From NCBI GenBank assembly GCA_900545075.1, contig UQXT01000001.1, forward strand, positions 1 to 56,686: a stretch of 56,686 nucleotides of DNA. The letters are read 5' to 3'. A program made the position numbers and the translations under genes. The stretch comes from an uncultured Collinsella sp. Its GTDB lineage: Bacteria; Actinomycetota; Coriobacteriia; Coriobacteriales; Coriobacteriaceae. Below are positions 38,608-47,307 of this stretch, piece after piece. Each line of letters starts with the position of its first letter. Position 1 is the stretch's first letter. The notes below the pieces were generated by a model that had not been told where the DNA came from, ran no database searches, and saw only the letters and a list, made by a program, of their open reading frames with translations.

Positions 38608-41325
38608 ATGGCAGCAACGGATATCGAGCGTGGACTCTCGACCGCCGAGGTCGAGGAGCGCATCGCCGCCGGTAAGATCAACCGCAACATGGAGCTCAAG
38701 ACCAAGTCGGTCAAAGAGCTCATCATCGAGAACCTCTGCACGCTGTTCAATTTGATCAACGTGATCTTGGCGTTCCTGGTCATTTTGACCGGTTCGTTTA
38801 AGAATCTGACGTTCCTGTTCGTGGTGTTCCTCAATACCGCTATTGGCGTCATCCAGTCCATGCGTTCCAAGAAGATGGTCGATAAGCTCACGCTGCTGAC
38901 CTCCAAGAAGGCCATTGCGGTGCGCGACGGCGCCGAGGTGGAGCTCGACCTGGACCAGATCGTGCTCGACGATATCATCCGCCTGGGGCGTGGCGACCAG
39001 ATTCCCGCTGACGCCGTGGTGGTTTCGGGCGAGGCGCTCGTGAACGAGAGCCTGCTGACGGGCGAGAGCGACCTTATTAAGAAACAGCCCGGTTCCGAGC
39101 TCATGAGCGGCAGTTTTATCGACTCAGGCCTGCTGCGCGCCCGCGTGATCCATGTCGGCGCCGACAACTACGTGGCCAAAATTAATAACGAGGCCAAGTA
39201 CGTCAAAAAGGTCAATTCCGGGATCATGAACGAGCTTAACGCCATCGTGCGCTTTGCGAGCATCATCATGATCCCGCTCGGTTTGGCGTTGTTTGCCTCG
39301 AGTGTGAGCGAGCTGTGGGATGCCGCGGGAACCCCAGGCGATAGCGCGCTTTCGTGGTGCTTCTCCGAGCTGTTGGCTGGCCATGTGCCTTCGTCGGCGC
39401 TGCTGTTCACAGTGGGCGCCCTGCTGGGCATGATCCCGCAAGGCCTGGTGCTGCTGACCTCGTCGGTGCTTGCCATCGCCACGGTGCGTCTGGCGCGCCG
39501 CAAGGTGCTCGCGCAGCAGCTCTACTGCATCGAGACGCTCGCGCGCGTCGACGTGCTGTGCCTGGACAAGACGGGCACCATCACGTCGGGTCGCATGGAG
39601 GTCGAGGGCACGTATCCGCTGCCGGTCGAGGGTATGGGTGCGGGGGAGAGCGACGCCGCCGTTCCCGTCGATACCACGGTGCTCGATTTTGCGCTGGCTA
39701 ACGTGGCGCGTGCGACTTCGGCCGATGCCAACGAGACCTGCCAGGCGCTGCTCAACTATTACGCCGATCGCCCGGTCGAGGTGTCTGAGCCGCTGTCGGT
39801 CATTCCGTTCTCGTCCTCCAAAAAGTGGAGCGGCGCGTCGTTTGCGCAGGGCTCCTATGTGATGGGTGCGGCGCAGTTTGTGCTCTCTGATCGTGCGTTT
39901 GCCCAGGTCGAGAACCGTGTCGCCGAGCTTGCCGATACCTGCCGCGTGCTCGTGGTGGCGCGCGTGGACGGCTTTACGCCCGATGGCGATATGGTGGGCG
40001 AGGCCGAGCCCGTGGGCTTTGTGACCATCCGCGACGAGATTCGTACCTCGGCGGCCGAGACCATCGGCTACTTTAACGAGCAGGGCGTGACCCTCAACGT
40101 GATCAGTGGCGACGACCCGCGTACGGTGTCGTCGATCGCGCGCGTGGTGGGCGTGCCGGGGGCGGACGCTTATGTGGACGCCACGACGCTCGATACGCCG
40201 GCCAAGCTCGATGCCGCAGTGGACCGCTACCATGTCTTTGGTCGTGTGACCCCGCAGCAGAAGCGCGAGCTCGTGCAGGCGCTCAAGCGTCGCGACCATA
40301 CCGTTGCCATGACGGGCGACGGCGTCAACGACGTGCTGGCACTCAAGGAGGCCGACTGCTCCGTAGCCATGGCCGCCGGTTCCGACGCCGCGCGCAACGT
40401 GGCCGAGATCGTGCTGGTCGACAACGATTTTGCCTCGATGCCCGCCGTGGTGGCTGAGGGCCGTCGCTCCATCAACAACCTGCAGCGTTCGGCTTCGCTG
40501 TTCTTGACCAAGACGCTGTTCTCGATGGGCCTGGCGGCGCTGTGCATCGCGCTGCCGCCGTACCCTTTCGAGCCGATTCAGATGACGCTCATCAACTTCT
40601 TCTGCATCGGCGCGCCGGGCTTTGTGTTGGGCCTGGAGCCCAACAATGCTCGCGTGAAGGGTGCGTTTTTGACCAACGTGCTCAAGCGTGCACTGCCGGC
40701 GTCGATTGCGGTCATTTTGGCTGCGGCGCTCGATATCTTTGTGGCGCGCGTGTTTGGCTTTAGCCAGCTCACGCTGTCTACGATGTGCCTGCTTACGTCG
40801 TGCGCGGCGAGCGTCAGCCTGATCTGGCGCATCTCGCAGCCTCTCACGCCCTTGCGCGTGGTGCTCTTTGTGTTTGTAGTCGCTGGCATCTTGGTGGGCG
40901 TTATCGGATTCCCGGAGCTGCTGTCTATTGCCAACCTGTCGATGGGCCAGATGGTTATCTTGGCTGTCATCGTGGTCTTTACCTGCTCGGTGTTCTTTAA
41001 GCTCGCCACGATGATGGATTCGCTCAAGCCGCGTCGTCGTCATGCCGCAACTGGTTTTGGACGCGGTGTGCGCGTCCACCTGGGTCGCGGTGGCGGCAAG
41101 GTGAGCTCGACGGGTTCGACGGCGGAGCGTTTTGCCAAGCGCGTCGCCGCCGACATGGCGCAGCGCCGCGAAGATCGCACCGCTCGCGAGGCCGAGGCCC
41201 GCGCACTCGAGGGCGTGGCCCAGGTCCAGCCCAAGAAAAAGAAGGGTAGCGGAGCCAAGCGCTCTCGCGTAACCAAGTCCGCCCAAGGCATCAAAGTCTC
41301 GATGCCGAGCAAAAAGAAGAAGTAA
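38608..41325 (+). CDS. P-type cation-transporting ATPase (CtpE-like)
   Basis: LTGES, DKTGTIT and MTGDGVND motifs; TM4 reads IPQGL. Confidence 0.92.
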   Translation: MAATDIERGLSTAEVEERIAAGKINRNMELKTKSVKELIIENLCTLFNLINVILAFLVILTGSFKNLTFLFVVFLNTAIGVIQSMRSKKMVDKLTLLTSKKAIAVRDGAEVELDLDQIVLDDIIRLGRGDQIPADAVVVSGEALVNESLLTGESDLIKKQPGSELMSGSFIDSGLLRARVIHVGADNYVAKINNEAKYVKKVNSGIMNELNAIVRFASIIMIPLGLALFASSVSELWDAAGTPGDSALSWCFSELLAGHVPSSALLFTVGALLGMIPQGLVLLTSSVLAIATVRLARRKVLAQQLYCIETLARVDVLCLDKTGTITSGRMEVEGTYPLPVEGMGAGESDAAVPVDTTVLDFALANVARATSADANETCQALLNYYADRPVEVSEPLSVIPFSSSKKWSGASFAQGSYVMGAAQFVLSDRAFAQVENRVAELADTCRVLVVARVDGFTPDGDMVGEAEPVGFVTIRDEIRTSAAETIGYFNEQGVTLNVISGDDPRTVSSIARVVGVPGADAYVDATTLDTPAKLDAAVDRYHVFGRVTPQQKRELVQALKRRDHTVAMTGDGVNDVLALKEADCSVAMAAGSDAARNVAEIVLVDNDFASMPAVVAEGRRSINNLQRSASLFLTKTLFSMGLAALCIALPPYPFEPIQMTLINFFCIGAPGFVLGLEPNNARVKGAFLTNVLKRALPASIAVILAAALDIFVARVFGFSQLTLSTMCLLTSCAASVSLIWRISQPLTPLRVVLFVFVVAGILVGVIGFPELLSIANLSMGQMVILAVIVVFTCSVFFKLATMMDSLKPRRRHAATGFGRGVRVHLGRGGGKVSSTGSTAERFAKRVAADMAQRREDRTAREAEARALEGVAQVQPKKKKGSGAKRSRVTKSAQGIKVSMPSKKKK

Positions 41326-41428
41326 CTACGCGCCCTGGCGATGTTGAATTGGTGCCTTGCTCCAGTGGAGCCGTGGCGATGTTATGCTCTAACCTCGATT
41401 GTTTGAATTGCTTCGAAAAGAGGATGCC

Positions 41429-42571
41429 GTGATCTGCCCGCATTGCCTTAAGACTATCGAGGACGGCGCCTCGTTCTGCCCCTACTGCAACGCCTATGTG
41501 GGTCCGGGCGATGGTCCCGAGCACACCGAGTTTGTGTTCTGTGAGGGCTGCGGTGCCCGTCTTTCTCCGCATGATCGTACATGCCCCAAATGCGGACGCC
41601 CGGCTCCGGGTATCCTCTCCGAGGACGCGGCTGCATCCGATCTGGCAGCGGGCCGCACGGCGGGCTTTCCGCGCCTAACGCAAGAGCAGATCGATACCGA
41701 GGTGCCGCATGCGCCGGCCTCTGCCGCTGCGGTGCTTTCGGACGCCGCCGACCCCAATGAGACCTGCGTGCTGCCAGCTTTCGATAAGGATTTCGGTATC
41801 CCCAAGGTCGATATTCCCATGCCCGTTTCCCTGCATGACGATGCTCAAAAACCCAAGCGCAAGGTGCACCCCGACGAGGATGCCTATCACAAGCACAAGC
41901 GTCATATTCCCAAGCCGCTTATCGTCATCGCGGTCCTTGCCGTCGTTTGCGGCGGTGCCTATTGGTTCGTGACGACCGATCCCATGGGTGTCATGCCTGG
42001 CTTCTACGACCAGTTTGGCCAGGCCGCGCAGACGACCTTCCCCACGCGCCAAAAGGGCGAGGCCACTGAGGACGATACCAAGCAGGACGATTCTGCCGAG
42101 GTGGTCCAGGAAGAAACCGTGCTCACCGATGATCAGCTCTATACCAGGCTCGACGGTCTGTATCAGACCATCGTGTCCTACGCTGACGAAGACCAGATCG
42201 GCGAGGTCATCGATTCCTTTAACAACGGCTATCTCCGAACGCCGCTGTCCACCCGTCAGGAGCTGTCGCAGAGTGCCTACGCCCTGCGCGACCAGATCAA
42301 AAAGACGCAAGATGAGCTTAACAACCTGAAAGTACAGGACGATACGGTCTATGCGGACGACATCGCCCACTTAAAGCAGCTTGCCGAGTGGATGTATGAG
42401 CGCGTCGACGTGATCTGCCAGAGCTGGGACATCTCGCTGGCCATTCCCGATGGCGAGTCGATGAGTTCCCACCAAAGCGAGATCCTGGCGCCCATCGCGC
42501 AGGGTGGCAACAGCGCGCTGAACCAGTACGACGCCAATGTGGGTTCCTGGAAGCCGCAGCAGCGTTTCTAA
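41429..42571 (+). CDS. Double zinc-ribbon membrane-anchored protein
   Basis: Four CxxC pairs at the N-terminus, one TM helix, helical C-terminal domain; GTG start after GAGG. Confidence 0.75.
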   Translation: MICPHCLKTIEDGASFCPYCNAYVGPGDGPEHTEFVFCEGCGARLSPHDRTCPKCGRPAPGILSEDAAASDLAAGRTAGFPRLTQEQIDTEVPHAPASAAAVLSDAADPNETCVLPAFDKDFGIPKVDIPMPVSLHDDAQKPKRKVHPDEDAYHKHKRHIPKPLIVIAVLAVVCGGAYWFVTTDPMGVMPGFYDQFGQAAQTTFPTRQKGEATEDDTKQDDSAEVVQEETVLTDDQLYTRLDGLYQTIVSYADEDQIGEVIDSFNNGYLRTPLSTRQELSQSAYALRDQIKKTQDELNNLKVQDDTVYADDIAHLKQLAEWMYERVDVICQSWDISLAIPDGESMSSHQSEILAPIAQGGNSALNQYDANVGSWKPQQRF

Positions 42572-42609
42572 AATTAGTTCGCCATAGTCGGCATAACCTA
42601 CGTGCGCAA

Positions 42610-42639
42610 TTGATGTAAGCCCGTGCTTATTGCTACAAT
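42610..42639 (+). promoter_or_regulatory. Sigma70 promoter with extended -10
   Basis: TTGATG-18 bp-TACAAT, with TGC immediately before the -10. Confidence 0.6.
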
Positions 42640-42678
42640 TCGTACAAATATGCTTTAAACGCACGAGGAAGGAACCAC

Positions 42679-43221
42679 ATGTTTGGTTTTAAGAAAGAGC
42701 TCTACACGCCCGAGTATCAGCTTGTCGGCGACGAGTGCGCCGTAATCGAGACGTCGAAGGGTACCATCAAGGTCAAGTTTGACGGCGAGGGCGCTCCCAT
42801 TCATGTCGCGAACTTCTGCGAGCTTTCCACGATGGGCTTCTATGATGGCCTTAAGTTCCATCGCTATGTGCCCGGTTTTGTTATCCAGGGCGGGGACCCC
42901 AATACCCGCGACATGTCCGGCGCCGACGTCGCCGCCGGTCTTGAGGGCCCCGACGGCATGCCCGGTACCGGTGGCCCCGGCTACTGCATCAAGGGCGAGT
43001 TCGCCACCAATCCGCGCAACAGCCATGTCGATGGCGCCCTTGCCATGGCGCGCTCCATGGACCCCGATTCCGCGGGTTCGCAGTTCTACTTCTGCCTGGG
43101 CGCCCAGCATAACCTCGATTCCGGTTACACCGTCTTTGGTACCACGGTCGAGGGTCTCGATGTGATTTCGCAGCTGCGTGCCGGCGACGAGATCGTTCAT
43201 GTCGAGATCGTTCACGAGTAA
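42679..43221 (+). CDS. Cyclophilin-type peptidyl-prolyl isomerase
   Basis: FYDGLKFHR, FVIQGGDP, ALAMAR, SAGSQFY and YTVFG motifs. Confidence 0.95.
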   Translation: MFGFKKELYTPEYQLVGDECAVIETSKGTIKVKFDGEGAPIHVANFCELSTMGFYDGLKFHRYVPGFVIQGGDPNTRDMSGADVAAGLEGPDGMPGTGGPGYCIKGEFATNPRNSHVDGALAMARSMDPDSAGSQFYFCLGAQHNLDSGYTVFGTTVEGLDVISQLRAGDEIVHVEIVHE

Positions 43222-43232
43222 AGGGGACTTCC

Positions 43233-44537
43233 TTGAATAGCCAGCTGATCCAACAGGGCCGCGCCGCTTACCGCGCGGGTGATTTTTCTGCTGCAGCCCA
43301 GATGCTTGGGGCGGCAAAGACTCCCGATGAGATTATGGGCGAGGCCGATCACCTTCGTGGCAACGCCTTGATGCACCTGGGCATGTATGCCGAGGCCGCC
43401 GAGGCCTATGCCGCCGCCCTCAACGACGGCACCTACGGCAAGCGCGGCGCGCTGCTCACCAACCGCGGCAAGGCGCTCGCCGCCGTGGGCGACTACACGA
43501 CGGCCGCTCAGGCTTTCTCTGCTGCTACGCAGGATGCTTCCTATGCCACGCCGTTCAAGGCCTATCTGGGTCTAGGCAATGCGCTGTTCCAATCGGGCGA
43601 CTATGCCAACGCGGGAACCGCCTTCCGTCAGGCTGCTATCGACGGCGCCAATCCGGCTCCTGCCGCCGCGCTCGGCGAGCTCGGTCGTTGCTTCATTAAG
43701 CTCGGCCGTCCGGCGGATGCCGTGGAGACCTACCGCACGGCTATCGACTTTGCCGGCCCCCGCGACGACACGCGTGCGCTCAACGCCGGCATGGGTCAGG
43801 CGCTTTCTGCTGCCGGCCGTCCCTCCGACGCACTCGACGCCTTTAACGCCGCTACTGCCGATGGCATCTACCAGCTCACCTCCGAGCAGGCCGATGAGCT
43901 TGCCCGCGTGCACGATTCGCTTGCCGCGCTGTCTGCCCAGACGGCTATGGCCACGGCTCCGGCGCCCGCGATGGACGCTCCTGCCGTCGATCCGCTCGAT
44001 CCTACGGGCGCGACCGGTCAGTTTATGCCCGATCCCTCGGACACCGGCTTCTTTACGCTGTCCGAGTCCGAGATGGTCCAGCAGGACCGTCAGGATCGTA
44101 AGCAGGCCAAGGTCCGTCGTCGCCATCGCCACACGGGTCTCAAAGTCTTCATCGTGCTGCTTCTGCTCATTTTGATCGCCGCGGGCGGTCTGGGCTTTGC
44201 CTACACGCGCGGCTTTGGCTTCCCGTCTCAGGAGTCTGTCGTTACCGATCTGTTCCAGGCTGCCGGCGACGGTGACACCGCAAAGGCCGAGTCTTGCCTG
44301 GCCTCGAACCTGTCCGAGGACGCTAAGTCGATGATCATCTCCTCGATTCCGCAGGGTGCCACCGTGTCCGTCGAGGGCATGGATCAGTCCATGACCGAGA
44401 CGACCGCTAAGGTGAAGGCATCGCTGTCCAAGGGCGGCGAGCAGGAGTACACCGTCAAATTCGTGCGCTCCGACAACCATATCGGCTGGGCCGTTTCTTC
44501 GCTTGATATGGATTTCTCGGCTGCTGACAACCAGTAG
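43233..44537 (+). CDS. Tetratricopeptide-repeat membrane protein
   Basis: Ala/Gly-rich TPR helices, RRRHRH followed by a TM helix, small extracytoplasmic domain. Confidence 0.8.
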   Translation: MNSQLIQQGRAAYRAGDFSAAAQMLGAAKTPDEIMGEADHLRGNALMHLGMYAEAAEAYAAALNDGTYGKRGALLTNRGKALAAVGDYTTAAQAFSAATQDASYATPFKAYLGLGNALFQSGDYANAGTAFRQAAIDGANPAPAAALGELGRCFIKLGRPADAVETYRTAIDFAGPRDDTRALNAGMGQALSAAGRPSDALDAFNAATADGIYQLTSEQADELARVHDSLAALSAQTAMATAPAPAMDAPAVDPLDPTGATGQFMPDPSDTGFFTLSESEMVQQDRQDRKQAKVRRRHRHTGLKVFIVLLLLILIAAGGLGFAYTRGFGFPSQESVVTDLFQAAGDGDTAKAESCLASNLSEDAKSMIISSIPQGATVSVEGMDQSMTETTAKVKASLSKGGEQEYTVKFVRSDNHIGWAVSSLDMDFSAADNQ

Positions 44538-44559
44538 TGACCTTATGGGATTTAGCTTT

Positions 44560-44592
44560 GCCCGGCGCTTCACCGCAAGTGAGGCGCCGGGC
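44560..44592. terminator. GC-rich stem-loop between the TPR gene and mreB (no clear U-tract)
   Basis: GCCCGGCGCTTCAC/GTGAGGCGCCGGGC. Confidence 0.5.
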
Positions 44593-44652
44593 TTGCGCTA
44601 GTATGATGAGCTAGTAGTTTTCCAGCAATCATCCAACACATCAGGAGTTGCG

Positions 44653-45696
44653 TTGTTTTCTTTGATGGATATGTTCTTCGGTAGCTATGCGGGCGATCTT
44701 GCCATCGACCTCGGCACCGCAAATACGCTTGTCTCCGTGCGCGGCAAGGGCATCGTCATTCGCGAGCCCTCCGTTGTCGCTATCGACAAGAACGATGAGC
44801 GCATCCTGGCTGTCGGTATCGAGGCAAAGCGCATGCTCGGCCGTACGCCCGGCAACATCGTGGCCGTTCGTCCCCTGAAGGACGGCGTCATCGCCGACTT
44901 CGATGTTACCGAGGCCATGCTTCGCTACTTTATCGACAAGGCGTCCGAGAAGCGCTATCCGTGGACTCCGCGTCCGCGTGTCGTCGTTTGCGTTCCCTCC
45001 GGTGTCACGTCGGTCGAGAAGCGCGCTGTTTTTGAGGCTACGATCCAGGCCGGTGCCCGCCAGGCCTATCTGATCGAAGAGCCTATGGCCGCCGCTATCG
45101 GCGCCGACCTGCCCGTTGAGGAACCTACCGGTTCCATGGTCATCGACATCGGTGGCGGTACCACCGAGGTTGCCGTTATCGCTATGGGCGGCATCGTCGT
45201 CTCGCAGTCCATTCGTATTGCCGGCGACGAGTTCGATCAGGCCATCCTCACGCACGTTCGTGATGCCTACAACCTGGCCATCGGCGAGCGTACGGCAGAG
45301 GACATCAAGATCAAGGTCGGTTCCGCCGTGCCGCTCAAGGACGAGCTCGACGTCGAGGTCAACGGCCGCGACGTGATCACGGGCCTGCCCAAGACCGTGC
45401 GCATCGAGAGCGAGGAGATTCGTCGCGCGCTCAACAAGCCGCTCGACGAGATGGCCAAGGCCGTCAAGGACGCACTCGACGCTACGCCTCCCGATCTTGC
45501 CTCGGACCTTATGTACTACGGCATTTTGCTGACCGGTGGCGGCGCGCTGCTGCGCGGTCTCGACGTGCGCCTGCGCGATGAGACCGGCGTTTCGGTCAAC
45601 GTCAGCCCCACGGCGCTCGATAACGTTGTTAACGGCTGTGCCCGCGTGCTCGAGGCCAATGCGTTTGATGGCGGCTTCGTCCAGACCAATGCTTAA
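44653..45696 (+). CDS. mreB: Rod shape-determining protein MreB
   Basis: AIDLGTANT, EPSVVA, DIGGGTTEVA and LTGGGALL motifs. Confidence 0.97.
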   Translation: MFSLMDMFFGSYAGDLAIDLGTANTLVSVRGKGIVIREPSVVAIDKNDERILAVGIEAKRMLGRTPGNIVAVRPLKDGVIADFDVTEAMLRYFIDKASEKRYPWTPRPRVVVCVPSGVTSVEKRAVFEATIQAGARQAYLIEEPMAAAIGADLPVEEPTGSMVIDIGGGTTEVAVIAMGGIVVSQSIRIAGDEFDQAILTHVRDAYNLAIGERTAEDIKIKVGSAVPLKDELDVEVNGRDVITGLPKTVRIESEEIRRALNKPLDEMAKAVKDALDATPPDLASDLMYYGILLTGGGALLRGLDVRLRDETGVSVNVSPTALDNVVNGCARVLEANAFDGGFVQTNA

Positions 45697-45717
45697 TTTC
45701 CAAAAGGTGGATTCCAT

Positions 45718-46716
45718 TTGGCACGATCTTCGGGTTTCTCCACAAATCTGAATACCAAGCGACAATCAACGGGTATGCGCCCGTTGATTGTTTTCAGCCT
45801 GATTTCGGTGTTGCTGCTCACGTTTTATATTCGTGAGGGCGAGACGGGGCCGATTCATGCCGTTCGTTCGGGCGTGACGACGATTACCTCGCCGGTGCGT
45901 TTTCTGGGCTCGGCTGTGGCGGCTCCCTTCAATGCGATCGGTAACGTGTTCTCTAACCTTACGGCGTCACAGGACACGCTTGACGAGCTTAAGAAGCAAA
46001 ACGAGAAACTGACCTCTAAGGTCGCCGAGCTCTCCGAGGCTCAAAAGACCGCCGAGCGACTGGAGGGTCTGGTCGGTCTGCAGTCGACCTACAACCTCAA
46101 GTCCACCGCGGCTCGCATTGTCGGCGCTTCGGGCGATGCCTGGACCTCGACCGTTACCATCGACAAAGGCTCTGCCGACGGCCTTACCATCAACATGCCC
46201 GTGACGAGCTCTGCCGGTGTCATCGGTCAGATTATCGAGGTTTCGGCTAAGACTTCCACCGTCCGCCTGATCGGTGATGAGAACTCGGGCGTGTCCGCCA
46301 TGGTGCAGGACACGCGCGCCCAGGGCATGCTGCAGGGTCAGGCTGACGGCACGCTGCGTCTTGAGTATGTGAGCGTCGATTCCGACGTTAAGGTTGGCGA
46401 CATCATCGTGACCTCGGGCATTGGCGGTGTGTTCCCCAAGGGTCTACCGCTCGGCACCGTCTCGTCGGTTGAGAAATCGGCAAACGACGTGTACTACACC
46501 ATTGTGGTGCGCGCCCAGACGACGGCCGAGAACAACGAGGAAGTGCTGGTCATCACCTCGCTGACCGACGAACAGTCGGCCTCGGATGAGGACGTGAGCA
46601 CCGCTAACAGCACGCCGCAGGGAACGTCGCGCGATGCTGCGACCAAGACGAAGGACGAGAGCTCGGATGACAGTTCCGACACGTCCGAGACGACCGATTC
46701 CGGCTCGAGCGAATAG
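45718..46716 (+). CDS. mreC: Rod shape-determining protein MreC
   Basis: TM helix, coiled coil, IDKGS..G, VTSGIGGVFPKGLPLG; follows mreB. Confidence 0.93.
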   Translation: MARSSGFSTNLNTKRQSTGMRPLIVFSLISVLLLTFYIREGETGPIHAVRSGVTTITSPVRFLGSAVAAPFNAIGNVFSNLTASQDTLDELKKQNEKLTSKVAELSEAQKTAERLEGLVGLQSTYNLKSTAARIVGASGDAWTSTVTIDKGSADGLTINMPVTSSAGVIGQIIEVSAKTSTVRLIGDENSGVSAMVQDTRAQGMLQGQADGTLRLEYVSVDSDVKVGDIIVTSGIGGVFPKGLPLGTVSSVEKSANDVYYTIVVRAQTTAENNEEVLVITSLTDEQSASDEDVSTANSTPQGTSRDAATKTKDESSDDSSDTSETTDSGSSE

Positions 46717-46721
46717 GGGGC

Positions 46722-47294
46722 ATGTCCATGGATCTACACGAGCAGGGGATGAGCTCCCGCACGTTTGTTATCGCCGCCATCGTGTGCGTGCTGCTGCAGG
46801 CAGGCCTGGCACCGCAGATCTCTATTGCGGGCGGTCGCGTCAACTTTATGATTATCCTGGTGTGCCTAAGCGTGTTCTCGGGCGACCCGAACCGTGCCGT
46901 CGTGTGCGGTTTTTGCAGTGGCTTGTTCTATGACCTTTCCGCTGCCGTGCCGGTGGGCGTTATGTCGCTCCTGCTGACCGTGGGTTCTTTTACCCTGGTG
47001 CACAGCGCTGCCGGTCAGACGGGCGGTACCCCGAGTGCGCGCGGCATCACGGTGGGCGCCTTCGCGCTCGTCATAAATGTGATCTACAGCATCATCTTGC
47101 TGTTTATGGGTTTGGAGACGAGCTTTGCCGTCGCGATCTTCGGCCATGCGCTGCCGTCTTCGATCCTGACGGGTCTGGTTGCCATTCCGTTTTTGATGTC
47201 CGGCGTCGTGCCGCAGTCCGGTTATGGATTCTCCGCACGTGGCGGACGCCAGACGGGCATGCGCTTTAAGCCCAAGACCCGTAAGCTCAAATAG
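46722..47294 (+). CDS. mreD: Rod shape-determining protein MreD
   Basis: Hydrophobic protein with GF..GL.YD motif, between mreC and pbp2. Confidence 0.85.
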   Translation: MSMDLHEQGMSSRTFVIAAIVCVLLQAGLAPQISIAGGRVNFMIILVCLSVFSGDPNRAVVCGFCSGLFYDLSAAVPVGVMSLLLTVGSFTLVHSAAGQTGGTPSARGITVGAFALVINVIYSIILLFMGLETSFAVAIFGHALPSSILTGLVAIPFLMSGVVPQSGYGFSARGGRQTGMRFKPKTRKLK

Positions 47295-47307
47295 GGGAGG
47301 CCCGTAG

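Noticed and set aside
39124..41286. Long antisense or alternate-frame ORFs (also 36226-38097, 50422-52542, 55079-56674, 13392-14582, 24148-25269)
   Set aside because: Shadow ORFs of GC-rich genes with strong codon bias; no motifs, and they overlap well-supported genes.
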